Positions 12,509 through 26,100 of a stretch of DNA of 64,000 bases are shown here, in pieces. A model generated the notes under the pieces. That model worked only from the letters and a program-made list of their open reading frames with translations, was not told the DNA's origin and ran no database searches. A program made the position numbers and the translations under genes. The stretch's first letter is position 1; every line of letters begins with the position of its first letter. Origin of the DNA: Macrostomum lignano (lineage: Eukaryota). The stretch spans positions 1-64,000 of the forward strand of contig NIVC01002206.1 in NCBI GenBank assembly GCA_002269645.1, in the 5' to 3' direction.

Positions 12509-12817
12509 TCACAGCAGCTCCAAGTCGTCAATGGTCATCTTGACTTCGGCCGCGATTCTCTTCTGCTCCTGCGATTTCTTCTTTTGCTGCTTCTGCTGGG
12601 ACGAGATCTCCACCGCGGCCGAGTCGGTCAGCTGCTTCTCTTCGAACTCTCGCCGTCTCGGCCCTGCCGGTGCCTGCCGTCTGTCGATGGCGCTCCCGGC
12701 GCCGTCGTTTGTCGGCTTCCCCGGGCCGGCGCCGTTTCGAGCCGACGGCAACCGATCAGCGCTGCTGTAGCTGGGCAGCTGGACAGCGCTGGCTTTGTAG
12801 TTGTAGGCTGAGGACAT
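12509..12817 (-). CDS. Orphan 102-aa ORF or terminal coding exon, K/E/Q-rich C-terminus
   Basis: GC-rich island with codon style like neighbouring exons, GCCATG context, TGA followed by AT-rich sequence; no family recognised. Confidence 0.45.
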   Translation of the reverse strand: MSSAYNYKASAVQLPSYSSADRLPSARNGAGPGKPTNDGAGSAIDRRQAPAGPRRREFEEKQLTDSAAVEISSQQKQQKKKSQEQKRIAAEVKMTIDDLELL

Positions 12818-12827
12818 GGCCTGCCTT

Positions 12828-12864
12828 CTGTCTGTCTGCCTGTCTGTCTGTCTGTCTGTCTGCC

Positions 12865-12907
<43 letters not shown>

Positions 12908-12912
12908 GTGTG

Positions 12913-12983
<71 letters not shown>

Positions 12984-12984
12984 G

Positions 12985-13067
<83 letters not shown>

Positions 13068-13089
13068 GTGTCTGTCTGTCTGTCTGTCT

Positions 13090-13132
<43 letters not shown>

Positions 13133-13151
13133 TCTGTCTGTCTGTCTGTCC

Positions 13152-13187
<36 letters not shown>

Positions 13188-13197
13188 TCTGTCTGTC
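12828..13197. repeat. (TCTG)n microsatellite
   Basis: Direct reading. Confidence 0.97.
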
Positions 13198-14030
13198 AGA
13201 GTATCAGTGGCTGCACGTCAGACCAGTTCAGGCAGTCTGGCAGCAGTTTAGGAATTTATGCACAGCCAGCTGCGTGACTTGATCCCTCATTCCATAGGCT
13301 CGGCACGCAATGCGCCACAATAGCCCCAGTCTCAAAGCGGTGAGCCCGATTCCCTCTCCTGATTGGAGCGCCCAGCCCGCTGTTCTCCCTTTGTGTGGTC
13401 TGAAATCCGTTTTTCAGAATCCCAAGGGCTTTGGCAGCCCCGCACTGGGAGTCAAGAGAGGTGGAAGGCGATGTCAAATTTAATGAGACCGGCAGCGCAG
13501 GTGCCGCAAGCTGCACATTTTTCATGCAACTTCCTTCTGAGTAGGTGCGGTAAAAGTACATTATAGCTTTAACTACGAGCTACATTATAGTTTGAAGCCA
13601 AGCATAAACTATTAACTATCATGTTAATCGAGCAATACATAACGAATGTGCTTGGTAGTTTCCCATATTGCACTTACAGAATAGTTACACGGCACTTGAT
13701 TTTTAAATTCAATTTTTGTGTTGAAATTCGTTGATTCCAATTCGACCTATATGATTAATGGCTACAAAAATAGTCAACTAAAACATTTCTAATTAATTTT
13801 TACGTTTCAATAAGAATTTAGACTTTCTTCCCGAATCTTATTTATTTAATCGGGTGCTGAAAAAACACTTTTGCCATGCAATAATTTCATCACGAAGTGT
13901 AAGAAAAGTAGTTAAGCGCAAATTATCCTACTGTAAGTAGCGAGCCATAGTTTATCGTTTATATTTATATGTATCGAAAGTTATCTTCAAATTATTTTTT
14001 TAGTCAGGAGACAACAAAGTTGAATTGAGT

Positions 14031-17000
14031 TCAGCTCGGCCGGCCATTGTTGCTACCCAACACCTGTTGCTCAACTGGCACGGTCAGGTCCAGCTTGTCC
14101 ACATCGGTCGGCTCGCTCATGCCCATGCCGCGGAGCCCGGCGTAGAACACCGACGGCTTCGGCACGCTGGTGTGCCCGTCTCGTTTAGTCTGCGTCTCCT
14201 GGTCCTTCGGCGGGTACACCTGGGCCACGTTGTCCCGGCGCAGGTTGCTCAGGTTGGTCTGCTGCGAGTGGGTCACCTTGGTGCGCAGGTTCGCCTGAGC
14301 GTAGGATAGGATAGGCGTTAAATGGTTTTTTGACGAAATACGTGACAAACGCATTAGGCGATTATACTACTGATTGAGTAGAAATATGAACATTTTTGTG
14401 ATTCTGTCTGTAGGGTAGGAAACAAAAGGATAGAATAAGATAGATTAGGGTAGAATAGGGTTGAATTTGATAGAATAGAGTAGAATAGAATAGGATAGAA
14501 TATGATAGACTAGGATAGGATCGGATAAGATAGAGTAGGATATTAAATAAAAGGATAGAATAAAATATAATTGGTCTGAATAGGATAAAATAGGATTGGA
14601 TAGAAAAGAATAGTTACAACCAAAGAGGATAGAAGAGAGCTTGGCTGGATTTTTACGGGACAAATCTAGGTTGAAAAATAGAGTGCGGCATGAAAATAGA
14701 TATGTATGTGATGCAATAAGATTAGTCTTACAAGCTTAATCGCCTTCCTGCGCAGCTCCCACTCGTTCCACTCGTACGACTTGACAATATTAGTGTCCAT
14801 AAAGTGCGTGTCGGTCTCTGTCTGGGCGTCGCACTTTGTAACCGGCTTCTCGATCATCTTGCCAGCGTCCCGAGACTGAGAGGCAGTTATTGAATAATTT
14901 CAATGTTTAATATTTAGATGACGGGAATCAGAGTCTTGAAATTATGTATAGTTACTTTTGCTCTATACCTCACTATTCTTGGAATTTTCTGGCCAGTGGT
15001 TAGAGTAAAAGTACATTTGAGCAAAGTATGAGTCATTGAGTCATAGACACCAAGGCTAGAAAGATCTACTGACAATTGGTTTGGCGAGGCCTCTCCACTC
15101 ACTCACCCCAATTCCATTCGCGTCTCTCCTCTGCTCTATCTACCTTCTCTCTCTCAACTCTCACCATGTACCTTCTCTATCTTCTATCTCCCTATCTACT
15201 TCGCTCGATCCCACCTCCCTATCAACTTCTTTCTCTCCCATCCAATCTCCCAATCTACCTTCTCTCTCCCTATCCCTATCTACCTCCCTCTCCCATCTCC
15301 CAATCTACCTTCTCGCTCTCCCATCTACCTGTCTACTTCTCTGTCTCATATCTCCCGATCTACCTTCTCTCTCCCCATCCCTATCTACTTCTCTCTTTCC
15401 TCTGTCCCTATCTACTTCTCTCTCCCATCTCCCTATCTTCCTTTTCTCTCCTCTCTCCCTCTCTTCTCTACCCCTCTCTCCCTCTCCCACCAATCAATCC
15501 CCCCTAACCTGGGAGTGCGGGGTGAGCGCGGCGAACTGGCTGTGCAGCTCGAGTATCTGGATGAGCTCGGGGCTCCGCCTGGCCGCATTGGCCACGCTGG
15601 CGATGAACTCGTCCGGCTGGTTGGCGAACTCGTAGGCGGCCTTCCGGCTCGAGAAGATGAAATAGTTGTTGCGGTAGTGCAGGATGCCAACGCTGGGATT
15701 GCCGGGGATCAGCAGTCGGTCGAAGACCACCAGGGCCCAGGCGCAGTAGCCGCGGTACATCACGGGCAGCCGGCTATAGTTCTTCGTAGTCTCCGGGAAC
15801 AGCCATTCCCGGTCGCGGAAATCGGCCGGATTAACTCGTTCAGCGGGATCAGATGAAGCTTCCAGTCGCTGCTGATCGGAGCGAACTTCGCCGGCCTCTT
15901 CTAGGAATGGCGCCACAATGTCCGGCTTGAATAGGTCGCGGTGGACGCGGCTGAAGGCGTCCAGATTGTTGAGGATGTTGGTCAGCACGGACAGCAGGAC
16001 CATCTCGTCCTGGGGCACGGAGGGCATCGGGGTGGCGGTTGTTGTGATGATTTTTTACGGGAGGGTAGCCTTACCGACACCTGGCTCCAGTAACCACATT
16101 CTGGCGCCCCCTGACATTGTGCCCCCCCCTTGACACCGATGCCCTATTGTGGCCCCATCCTTGACGCTAAAACCTACTTCAAGTAATTTAGCTCCCCTTG
16201 CACATTTCTGCACCTTCTTCTACATTAAAGGCCACAATCACACACCATATCGGAATACCTCGACCTTAAAAAAACTTTTAATTCACCTGAAATCCGCTCC
16301 AGATCTCCGACAGGTGCACAAACTGCGGATAGACCTGAGCCGTTGGCACCGCAGTTTTGCTCTGCACAGTGTTCTGCAGCTGCTCAAGCCTGGCCTGCAG
16401 CTGCTGCATCAGCTGCTCAACTTGATCCGCCGAGCGGATAACGTCGCTCAGCAGCACTTTGAGAAAGACTTCGGCCTGGCGACAGTTGATCAGCGATTCG
16501 CGCAGCAGCTCAAGTGACAGGCCGACATCAGCGCCGGGCTTCTGCGCCTTCACGGCCAGGCTCTCGATCAGCGCCGCATACTGTGCGGCCGTCTCCTGCA
16601 CCCGGCCGATCTCCTCGTCCAAGCTGTGCGTGGTGGCCGGGATGCCTTCGTTGAGAAACGACGGCAGATCGTCGATACCTTCGCCGCCTTTGCCGCAGTC
16701 TTTGTTGAATAGTCGGATGCCGCTAACGATGGCGGTGAGCTCCTGCAGGTGACGCTCTTTGTCTTTGCGCGGCATCTGCATGAAAGCGCCCAGTTCGGAC
16801 TGCGGGAACACCGACTGCAGCGCCGCGGTGGCCTCGCGCACCACATTGATGTCGGTTGGCGAACCGAGACCCGACTGGAGCAGCACAGCCGACACGATCT
16901 TCCTGTAGAGGCTGTCCAACTCGTCCCGAGTTCGAGCCCGCGAATCCGTGATCTCGCGCATCACCGGCATCAGGCGCGACTTCATGATGCGATGGTGCTC

Positions 17001-17297
17001 CTCGAGGAACTCCCGCCTAGCCGTGTAGTTCATGTCGAAGAATACCTGCATCTTGATGGTGTCCAGCGACGGCGACTTCGTGTCCATCAGCTTGTCGACG
17101 CACAGTTTGATCAGCTTCTGCACGTCGTCCCTGGTTAGTGTCTTGTCCGTGCTGAAGTCATTCGTGGGATCCAGCACCACAGCTTTCACCATGAAGGCCA
17201 CGAGCGTCTCGGACACGGCCTGGCCGCGGGAGGCGCACTGCTGTGCGATCTCGCGGATGATGTTCTTGATGACGCTTTCGGCCTGTGCGCGCGACAT
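14031..17297 (-). CDS. CFAP206: Cilia- and flagella-associated protein 206, 639 aa, 4 exons
   Basis: Exons 17297-16287, 16009-15509, 14875-14732, 14294-14031, all phase 0 GT-AG. Sequence AESVIKNIIREI..AFMVKAVVLDP..SLDTIKMQVFFDMNY..GKGGEGIDDLP..YEWNEWELRRKAIKLANL matches the CFAP206/C6orf165 family from recall. Confidence 0.95.
15120..15505. repeat. CT-rich low-complexity tract in CFAP206 intron 2
   Basis: Degenerate TCTCTCCC/TCTACCT repeats. Confidence 0.85.
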
Positions 17298-18202
17298 TTT
17301 CTTGGCATGCAAAATCGGGCGTGTGGAGCTTCACAGAAAAAACTATAAAGAATATTTTTTCTTTTACTGAAGCTTAACTTTGTAAATTTCGGCAGCTAAA
17401 TTTTTTCTTTAGCTGGGAAATATATAGCTTACATTGAGCTAAGAATTAGAAGTGTTGAAATATTTAAAAATTGCTTTTTTTATAGAAAATCTAAGTATGG
17501 CACAAAGAGAAGAATCGCTCATGCTGTCATGGCATAAACTTTCAACATTAAATTTTATTATTGGTACAAGCGTATGTATTTATTCACGTATTTTTACTTT
17601 AGCAGCTACAAAAATTGGTTGCATCATTGTTTTTGCTTTTGATATTCATAGTGACAAAACCTAAAATATTAAATGTGATGAAAATAATTATCCAGGAAAA
17701 AACTGTGTCTATAATATGAAAATTCATAAAAATTTCAGTAATAATGAAGCATTGGACATATGAAGCAAATTCAACCATACACGGTGGAATATTTCGATAT
17801 AAAGGTGACTGGATATTTTTTATTTACATGGAAAAGACTGCGAAAATATTCAAATAAACCTTTTATTCTAGGTAAATAATACAATCTGATGCCTAGCAGA
17901 TAAATGAAAGTAGTTTTTTTAGAATTAAAGTTAATGAATCCATAAAGCGTAAAAAATACCATATAGGTTATGATAAGATTTCTGTTGTCACCTGCAAGCT
18001 GCAATGAAATGTAAAACGGTTATTTTTATAAATTCAAACTTTTGTAGCCTCGGTAGAAATGGTTAGCACTAACGATTATAACAAAAAACTTTAAACTGAG
18101 TAGAAAGTCATAATAAAAAAATATTTTTAAGAAAGAAGAAAAGCTAAAAAGAATTTTTCTATACTTCTTTAATCTGATTTTTCTACTTATTTAAGTTAGC
18201 TT

Positions 18203-18215
18203 GTTGCTAAGTAAT
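18203..18215. promoter_or_regulatory. Candidate RFX X-box GTTGCTAAGTAAT in the CFAP206/DNAI1 divergent promoter
   Basis: Resembles the X-box consensus; ~105 bp upstream of the DNAI1 ATG; both flanking genes belong to typical RFX/FOXJ1-regulated classes. Confidence 0.45.
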
Positions 18216-18320
18216 ATTTTAATTTGACTGGAATTTATCTTCACTTTTTGGCGTTAGAGTCGGAGTCGTCAGCGTCGGACACTTTCATCCCACCGTAGCC
18301 GATCATAACAGACGTCCGAA

Positions 18321-21300
18321 ATGCCGAACCCAAAGCCAGCCGCCGCAGCATCGAAGCCAAAGGTTTGTCTAACTTTTCAAAAATGTTTAATGATATTGTA
18401 CTTTCCATTCTACTTTGATTGGCGCCGGAGGTAAAAGTACTCGTAGTTATATTTTCATGTTGAAATTAAATTGCAAATACGTTTTCGCTTTTTCAGTAAA
18501 CTTGAGTATTATTCAGAATTTTTTAATGGAGCTCTCTTTTACGTATAAATTCTATAAATAATAATATAAATAAAGATTTTGTCATGTCTGTAGAAGCCAA
18601 GATATTTTTTAAAATGAGACTAAGTATGTCAGTGAATAAGTACAGTATATTAAAAATATAAATAATTATTTTCAGTCATATGGGCATCGTACAGAAGGCC
18701 AACATTAAGCTTATTGAATCCTTGGAGAAATTGCCAGATATGAATTATTTACATGCCTCACTGAGTTTTATTTAAGATGTATCATATCGTTAACTTTAAA
18801 TTAAAAAAAATGCACTTACATACAATTTACATCCTACTTGTTTTTCTTACCACAGCCGCCGACTCAAGCGGCGCGAGCGTCCCGCAGACGCGACAGCGAG
18901 ACCGGCAGCCACTCCGTGATGGACTTTGGCGAAGATATGTTTGGCGGCGGCAAGGCGCAGAAGCCGGACGATCAGCTCCAGCTGACTGATCAGGAGCTTA
19001 AAGAGGAGTTCACCAGAATTCTAACGGCCAACAATCCGCATGCGCCCCAGAATATTGTGCGCTACAGTTTCAAGGACCGCCAATATAAGCCAATACCCCA
19101 GGTTGACCAGCTGGCCGTTCACTTTGTGATGGAGGGCAACCTCATCCATCGCGAATCCGACGAGGCCAAGAAGCAGTTGGAGAAGAAGAGCGGCGATGCT
19201 GCGAGAGGTGAGTATAGAGAGAAATGTTTTTGGCTTCAATTTCTAGAAAATTCAAAGTTCCGAAACTGATAAATTTAAAGACTAAAGGAAAGTTATGTAA
19301 TAGATTGGCTATTACTACAACTCTGTGGGAAGAAATAGATACAATTGGGTGAGAGAGTAGGGCCATCGACTAAAACTGCAGGAATAAATAGATACAGTTG
19401 GGTGAGAGAGTAGGGCCATAGACTAAAACTGCAGGACGAAATAGATACAGTTGGGTGAGAGAGTAGGGCCATAGACTAAAACTGCAGGAATAAATAGATA
19501 CAGTTGGGTGAGAGAGTAGGACCATAGACTAAAACTGCAGGAATAAATAGAAACAGTTGGGTGAGAGAGTAAGGCCATAGACTAAAACTGCAGGAAGAAA
19601 TAGAAACAGTTGCGTGAGAGCGTAGGACCATAGAATAAAATTCTGCGAAAAAGAAAATGAAATGTGATTAGATCTTTTCATAAAACTTATCCTAATATAT
19701 CACTTTAAAACTTAATTATCCTATGAGAAGATAATTAGATGGATCTCCTCTTTTTCGCAGAGCCAATCGATGAAGCCGCTGAAGCGAGCGAAGGCGAGGC
19801 GCCTCCGAAAGAAGAGGGGGTAAGCTTTTTAGAGCTATTTCAAAAGCGCATAGAAATTCTCTATGATATCTCTGCAACTAAAACCCTGTTGCATTTAAAT
19901 AGCTATCTTTTCGATGCAAAAGAAACAAATACATTACTTTAATTTCACCATTTCTCAGGCGACTGACGAAGATATGGTTGGTTTTGTTTATTTAGAACGT
20001 TCTTTTTTCAAACAAAACATTCCCTCATGTTGATCGATCGGCTTAAGAAAATTTCATTGTCATTTTTTTCATTTTTTGAAACCACTGGCCAATTGTGTGG
20101 CATAGTGCACAGTCTATGCTTATTTCTTAGTTAATAAATAGTACGTTGGCAATGGAATTTTACTAAACAGACCGTGATCTCAATTATCTAATACCTTCCA
20201 GGATGAAGACGCTCCGGCCCCAGCTGCATCTGGCAAGAAGCTGACAAATCAGTTCAACTTCTGCGAGCGAGCCACACAGACCTACAATAATCCACTTCGG
20301 GTGAGTTAACTTTTTTAAGTAGTATGAATCGCACTTTTTCTCTATATTTTCACTGAAGTGATAATCTAATTATCGAAAAATACAGGCTTAAATAATGTTA
20401 AACAGCCCTCTTAGTTTTTCAATTTAGAGGATACTCATTATAGCTTCGTTATCTTCAATTATCTAATCTTATAGTAATTTAAAACAGGCCAATTACAGTC
20501 TAATCAAGCAGCAATTATTTCGAATTCATGCAGGAGCGAGAGAATCAAACGGAGCCACCACCGAGGGTGAACTTCTCCCAGACGGCCAATCAGTGGATCA
20601 TCTTCGACGCTTATCAGGCCGACTTTGAGAAGAACGTGAGTTCAAATTATGCACCGATTTAAAACCCCCTAGCTAATTTTTCTTGTATAATGCACTTTAG
20701 TCTACTTTTGGGCGTATGAGTGCGCATGGGTTTCTAAATGTAAATAAATTCATAACAATAAAAAGTTAGGACATTGATTTGATAATAGACGTAAGCAGTT
20801 TGTAATCGGTGCAATAATGTACGCTCGTACATTAGCTTTGCTCCACAGACTAAAGTGTATGGTCTAAAGCAATAAAGTGGGAGGGGGCGAGACGGAAGGG
20901 GATTAAAAGTTCGCTACTTGCGTGCACGCTCGCAGAGAAGGCGTTGAGCCAATAGAAAGAAAGTCAAGGAGGAAAAGGAGGATCCATCTTGCACAGTCTA
21001 AGGCAAAGTTAAAGGGCCGTATGCAGAAAGCCTAGTCCAGACTAGCTAGTCCGGACTTGGGTAGTTCAGTCTATAGTCTATGCTCTAGCTAGCCTAGTTC
21101 TGCTATAGTAGACCCATGGACTTCTATACTTAGCATAGCTAAGTATAGAAGTCCATGGTAGACCGGTCGAACTTTGTGTTTCTGCCATGGACTTCTATAC
21201 TTTAGAAGTCCAAGTATAGAAGTCCATGGTTTCTGCATACCAAATCCAAGTCTAGACTAGCTTTTCAAGACCGGAATACCCAAGACAGAGCTTTCTGCAT

Positions 21301-23139
21301 ACGGCCCAAAGTCTTAATAGTAGAATTTGCGAGTGGCATATCCATTATATCTGTAGCTTTATCAAGGCTTTACCCTTATGGTGCGCCTCGCTGTTTTTTG
21401 TCGTCAAAAAATTAAAAATGATGATAAAAATTATCCATTTTCGATATTTAGCAAGGCAAAGAAGGTCAAGCCCAGGTACCAGAATTCCAAACTGAATGTC
21501 AACTGCAGTCTTGTCAGTCTTTCCTACTTTTTCAATGGACAACCTTTCCTTGAGTGAAGAAATTATTCCTCTTTTAAACTGTCAATCACTCTCTTACTGA
21601 AAATGTTCCTATATTCAATTTTCACTTTTAAAGTTCTATATTTCATCGTTAAAAACAGAAAAATATTCATCGAGTATTACTAACGAAAGACAGAAAAAAC
21701 AATGCATGCGGCATGCAACGGTCCCTAAAAGAGTATCGTTTGATTCCTCTTCGTTTTCGTGTCATTGCTGTCTTGTGTTCCTAATTGGCTAATACTAATA
21801 CGGAATTCCTCTTCAATTTCTTACCCCTCTCCTATTTCTCTCCGTAAATCACCCACCTACCTACTTCCATTTCTCTCCGCCAATCAATCGCCCACCCCAC
21901 TCCAATTGCTCTCCACCAATCACCCACCCCACTCCAATTTCTCTCCGCCAATCACCCACCCCACTCGAATTTCTCTCCCGCAAAATCCATTACCCTGCCC
22001 AGCCTCACTCCAACCTCATCAAAGTTGATCAACGAAGTAAAGCAGCAACCCAAATGGCTGCCCAAACTCAGCCGGCACTGCACAGTCAGGATGCAAATAA
22101 AACCGGCGGCCTGTTTGGCCCCTTCATTGTCGGCGCGTCGTCAAGGATGGCAAAATTCTTGGCCGTCGCTGCGGCGGCCAGAAAGCACCGTCCTAAACGA
22201 GTAAAATATCACCCTTTTCCGAGAAATACTCCCCAATAGCGTACTGTCGTGCAGTTAGAAAAGAAATCTGTCACGGCATTGTCACGCGGGTGATTTACAA
22301 ATTTAGTGATTAGAAAATTGCTGGTTCGAATGCGTTAAAATTTGATGTTGAGAATTTCACTTTTTACCTAGTCTTGCGTGACGTGTCTACATTGTTTTCA
22401 GTCACAATAGTTTACTTTTTGTACTTTTGTGCCAGTCAGTCAGTCAGTCAGTTAGTCAGTCAGTCAGTCAGTCAGTCAGTCAGTCAGTCAGTCAGTCAGT
22501 CAGTCAATCAGTCAATCAGTCAGTCAGTCAGTCAGTCAGTCAGTCAGTCAGTCAGTCAGTCAGTCAGTCAGTCAGTCAGTCAGCCAGTCAGTCAGTCAGT
22601 CAGTCAGTCAGTCAGTCAGTCAGTCAGTCAGTCAGTCAGTCAGTCAGTCAGTCAGTCAGTCAGTCAGTCAGTCAGTCAGTCAGTCAGTCAGTCAGTCAGT
22701 CAGTCAGTCAGTCAGTCAGTCAATCAGTCAATCAGTCAATCAGTCAATCAGTCAGTCAGTCAGTCAGTCAGTCAGTCAGTCAGTCAATCAGTCAGTCAGT
22801 CAGTCAGTCAGTCAGCCAGTCAGTCAGTCAGTCAGTCAGTCAGTCAGTCAGTCAGTCAGTCAGTCAGTCAGTCAGTCAGTCAGTCAGTCAGTCAGTCAGT
22901 CAGTCAGTCAGTCAGTCAGTCAGTCAGTCAGTCAGTCAGTCAGTCAGTCAGTCAGTCAGTCAGTCAGTCAGTCAGTCAGTCAGTCAGTCAGTCAGTCAGT
23001 CAGTCAGTCAGTCAGTCAGTCAGTCAGTCAGTCAGTCAGTCAGTCAGTCAGTCAGTCAGTCAGTCAGTCAGTCAGTCAGTCAGTCAGTCAGTCAGTCAGT
23101 CAGTCAGTCAGTCAGTCAGTCAGTCAGTCAGTCAGTCAA

Positions 23140-23177
<38 letters not shown>

Positions 23178-26100
23178 AGTCAGTCAGTCAGTTAATCAGT
23201 CAGTCAGTCAGCAATACAATTATCTTCTTCAACCCGCCAACAGCAAGAGAAGGGCAAGGAGAAGAAAGGCGGTGGAGCCGGCAAAGGCGCCGAGGAGAAG
23301 GCTAGAAAACGGCTGACCGTGATGGACACGCAGGTGAGCGACAGGTCGATGGGGCACCGTTTTGCGACTCTCATGTTTAATAAGTCGATTTCCAACAATG
23401 CGCAAGGTTGTTACTCGTATTTCGTAATCTTCATTACAGTCAGACATTCAACAGGCTTCACTCCTGTCAAACAGTTAAAGCTCGTGTCTAACAGGTTCAG
23501 CTTCTGTCTAACAGGTTTAGCTCCTGTCTAACAGGTTTAGCTCCTGTCTAACAGGTTCAGCTTCTGTCTAACAGGTTCAGCTCCTGTCTAACAGGTTCAG
23601 CTTCTGTCTAACAGGTTCAGCTCCTGTCTAACAGGTTTTGCTCCTGTCTAACAGGTTTAGCTCCTGTCTAACAGGTTTAGCTCCTGTCTAACAGGTTTTG
23701 CTCCTGTCTAACTGGTCCCGCAACTAATTGAATCATGACCTGAAAATGGCAACAGGTGTGGATAAAGTGCAGAGAGTTCCAGTAAAAAATCTAATTTAAC
23801 GCTGACTCGATAATTCGCAGCGCCAGCCAGCAGCTGTGCTGAGCGTCAGCCGGCACCAGAGAAACGAGGTAAAAGTACATCGGTCCCTTTGAAATTTTAT
23901 CAGCCTGAACTGCCTTACGAACGTTTTGTAGGAAACAACCTTGAACAAAATTTTCTGCATTCTGAAGACCTCCAGTTTAAACAAAACAAAATCGCACACA
24001 AAATGAGCAATCTGACGTGTTGTCCCTGAAAGCTAAAAGCATCTGCACTCAACGTTGCTAGCATTGAAAGTAGTTGATGTAGAAAAAACCCTGTTGAGCT
24101 GATTCTGCTCAACGTAGAGCGGACATGATGTCATCATGATGCACAATTTTTAAGCATTGCACCACCGTCCAAATCTTTTTGAAGTTGTCGAACAACAGTT
24201 TTTCTCCAAAATTCTTTAGATTTCTGGCGTTTTGCTTATATTTCTACTTAAAATAGACGAAATTAAAGCAATATCGGATCTTTTAAAACAAATTTATTTT
24301 CACACAAATATCAAAGGCGGACGACCTTGCCAAGATTGAGCACGCGGTCAAGATGCTGGAGCGCATGGTGAACCAGAACTCCTTCGACGAGATTGCCCAG
24401 GACTTCAAGTACTGGGAGGACCCGTCTGACGAGTTTCGCGACCAGCAGGGCACCCTGCTGCCGCTGTGGAAGTTCGGCTACGAGAAGGCGCGCAAACTTG
24501 CCGTGACGTCGATCACGTGGTCACCAAAGTATCACGACTTATTCGCCATCGCCTACGGCTCGTGTGAGTGTCCCACAAAACCAGTGCTGAGGCCATTCTG
24601 CCCATTCCGCTGACTCTTGAGCACACAAGCGCGCCAATACTGTACTCAGGCGCGCACTCATGCACACGCTAACATAGGTTGTGCAACGGCCCTGACTTTC
24701 TAATCGTCAGGCATGTACACTCTCTGTGCCTTTGAGGTGAATCGCACGACAACCACCCGGCTAATTTTCGTGCTCAAGCCCCAAATGAATCGAACCACTG
24801 ACCCGGGTTGCAGACGCGTTTAGCGCTGAGCTGCTCTGCCCTTCCCAAAAATAGATAATGACGTCACAGGTTCAACCAATACGCTCCTCCAACAGACGAC
24901 TTCATGAAGCAGACGCGCGGCTTGTTGTGCTTCTACTCGCTGAAGAATCCCAGCCACCCAGAGTACGTGTTCGAGACTGATTCGGCCGTCCTGACTGCCG
25001 CTCTCCACCCTGAGTACCCGCACATGCTCTGCGCCGGTCTGTATGACGGCAGTGTCGCCGTGTATAGCGCTGTGCAGAAGAAGCGTGGGCCTCTCTACCA
25101 GTCCAGCGCACGGACTGGCAAGCACACGGACCCGGTGTGGCAGGTGTGCTGGGCCAAGGACGATCTGGACAATAATATGAACTTTTACAGCACCAGCTCC
25201 GATGGTCGGGTGACGTCATGGACTCTCATCAAGGTTGGTTGTGCAGTGTTCTTCTGATGGCTCTAAATTTCATACTGAGTTGCCTTTAATGCCACACTGG
25301 GTTGTCTGTAAATGCCACACAGGGTTGTCTGTAAATGCCACACTGGGGTGTCTGTAAATGCCACACTGGGTTGTCTGTAAATGCCACACTGGGTTGTCTG
25401 TAAATGCCACACTGGGTTGTCTGTAAATGCCACACTGGGTTGTCTGTAAATGCCACACTGGGTTGTCTGTAAATGCCACACTGGGTTGTCTGTAAATGCC
25501 ACACTGTCTGTAAAGCCACACTTGAGAGGTGTCTCAAATGCTTTAAGATCCCCTATTAGAATTATATGAATACCTAAAATTTATTGTAGACAATTTAACA
25601 TTTCTTGCTCGTAATGTTACGAGCGTGTATTTCCGTTTCTTCCGATCTTTGTTGCACTTTTTAGCCAACAATATCTTTTATTAATTTCAAAGTTGTTTGC
25701 CAAATTTCAGTAGTATTCTTGCATTTCTGATACAATACTCACGTATTGTGCTTCCTAAAATTCCTTATATACTTTTTAGCTAACAATTATGTCCGTTGTA
25801 CTCTACTCGCTAGCTAGACTTAGTAGCCCGACACGAACTTTAGCATAATAATCTATTTAATCAACGCACGATAACCCGCTAACCAGGAAGGCGTCGGGGC
25901 GCATCATTTTTCAACCGTGAGTAAAACAAGAACGCGCAAGTTTTTTTTCGAAAGTCCCAAAAAGCAGAATTTGAGATCGAGAGGATTGTACTTTTGCATC
26001 GCTGTTTTCGCTTAGTCCCGCTTCAAGCGTGTGCTTTTACTATTCTTTTTCAGACAAAATCAGTCATCACGCTATGATTTTAATTGTCAAATTACAAATT

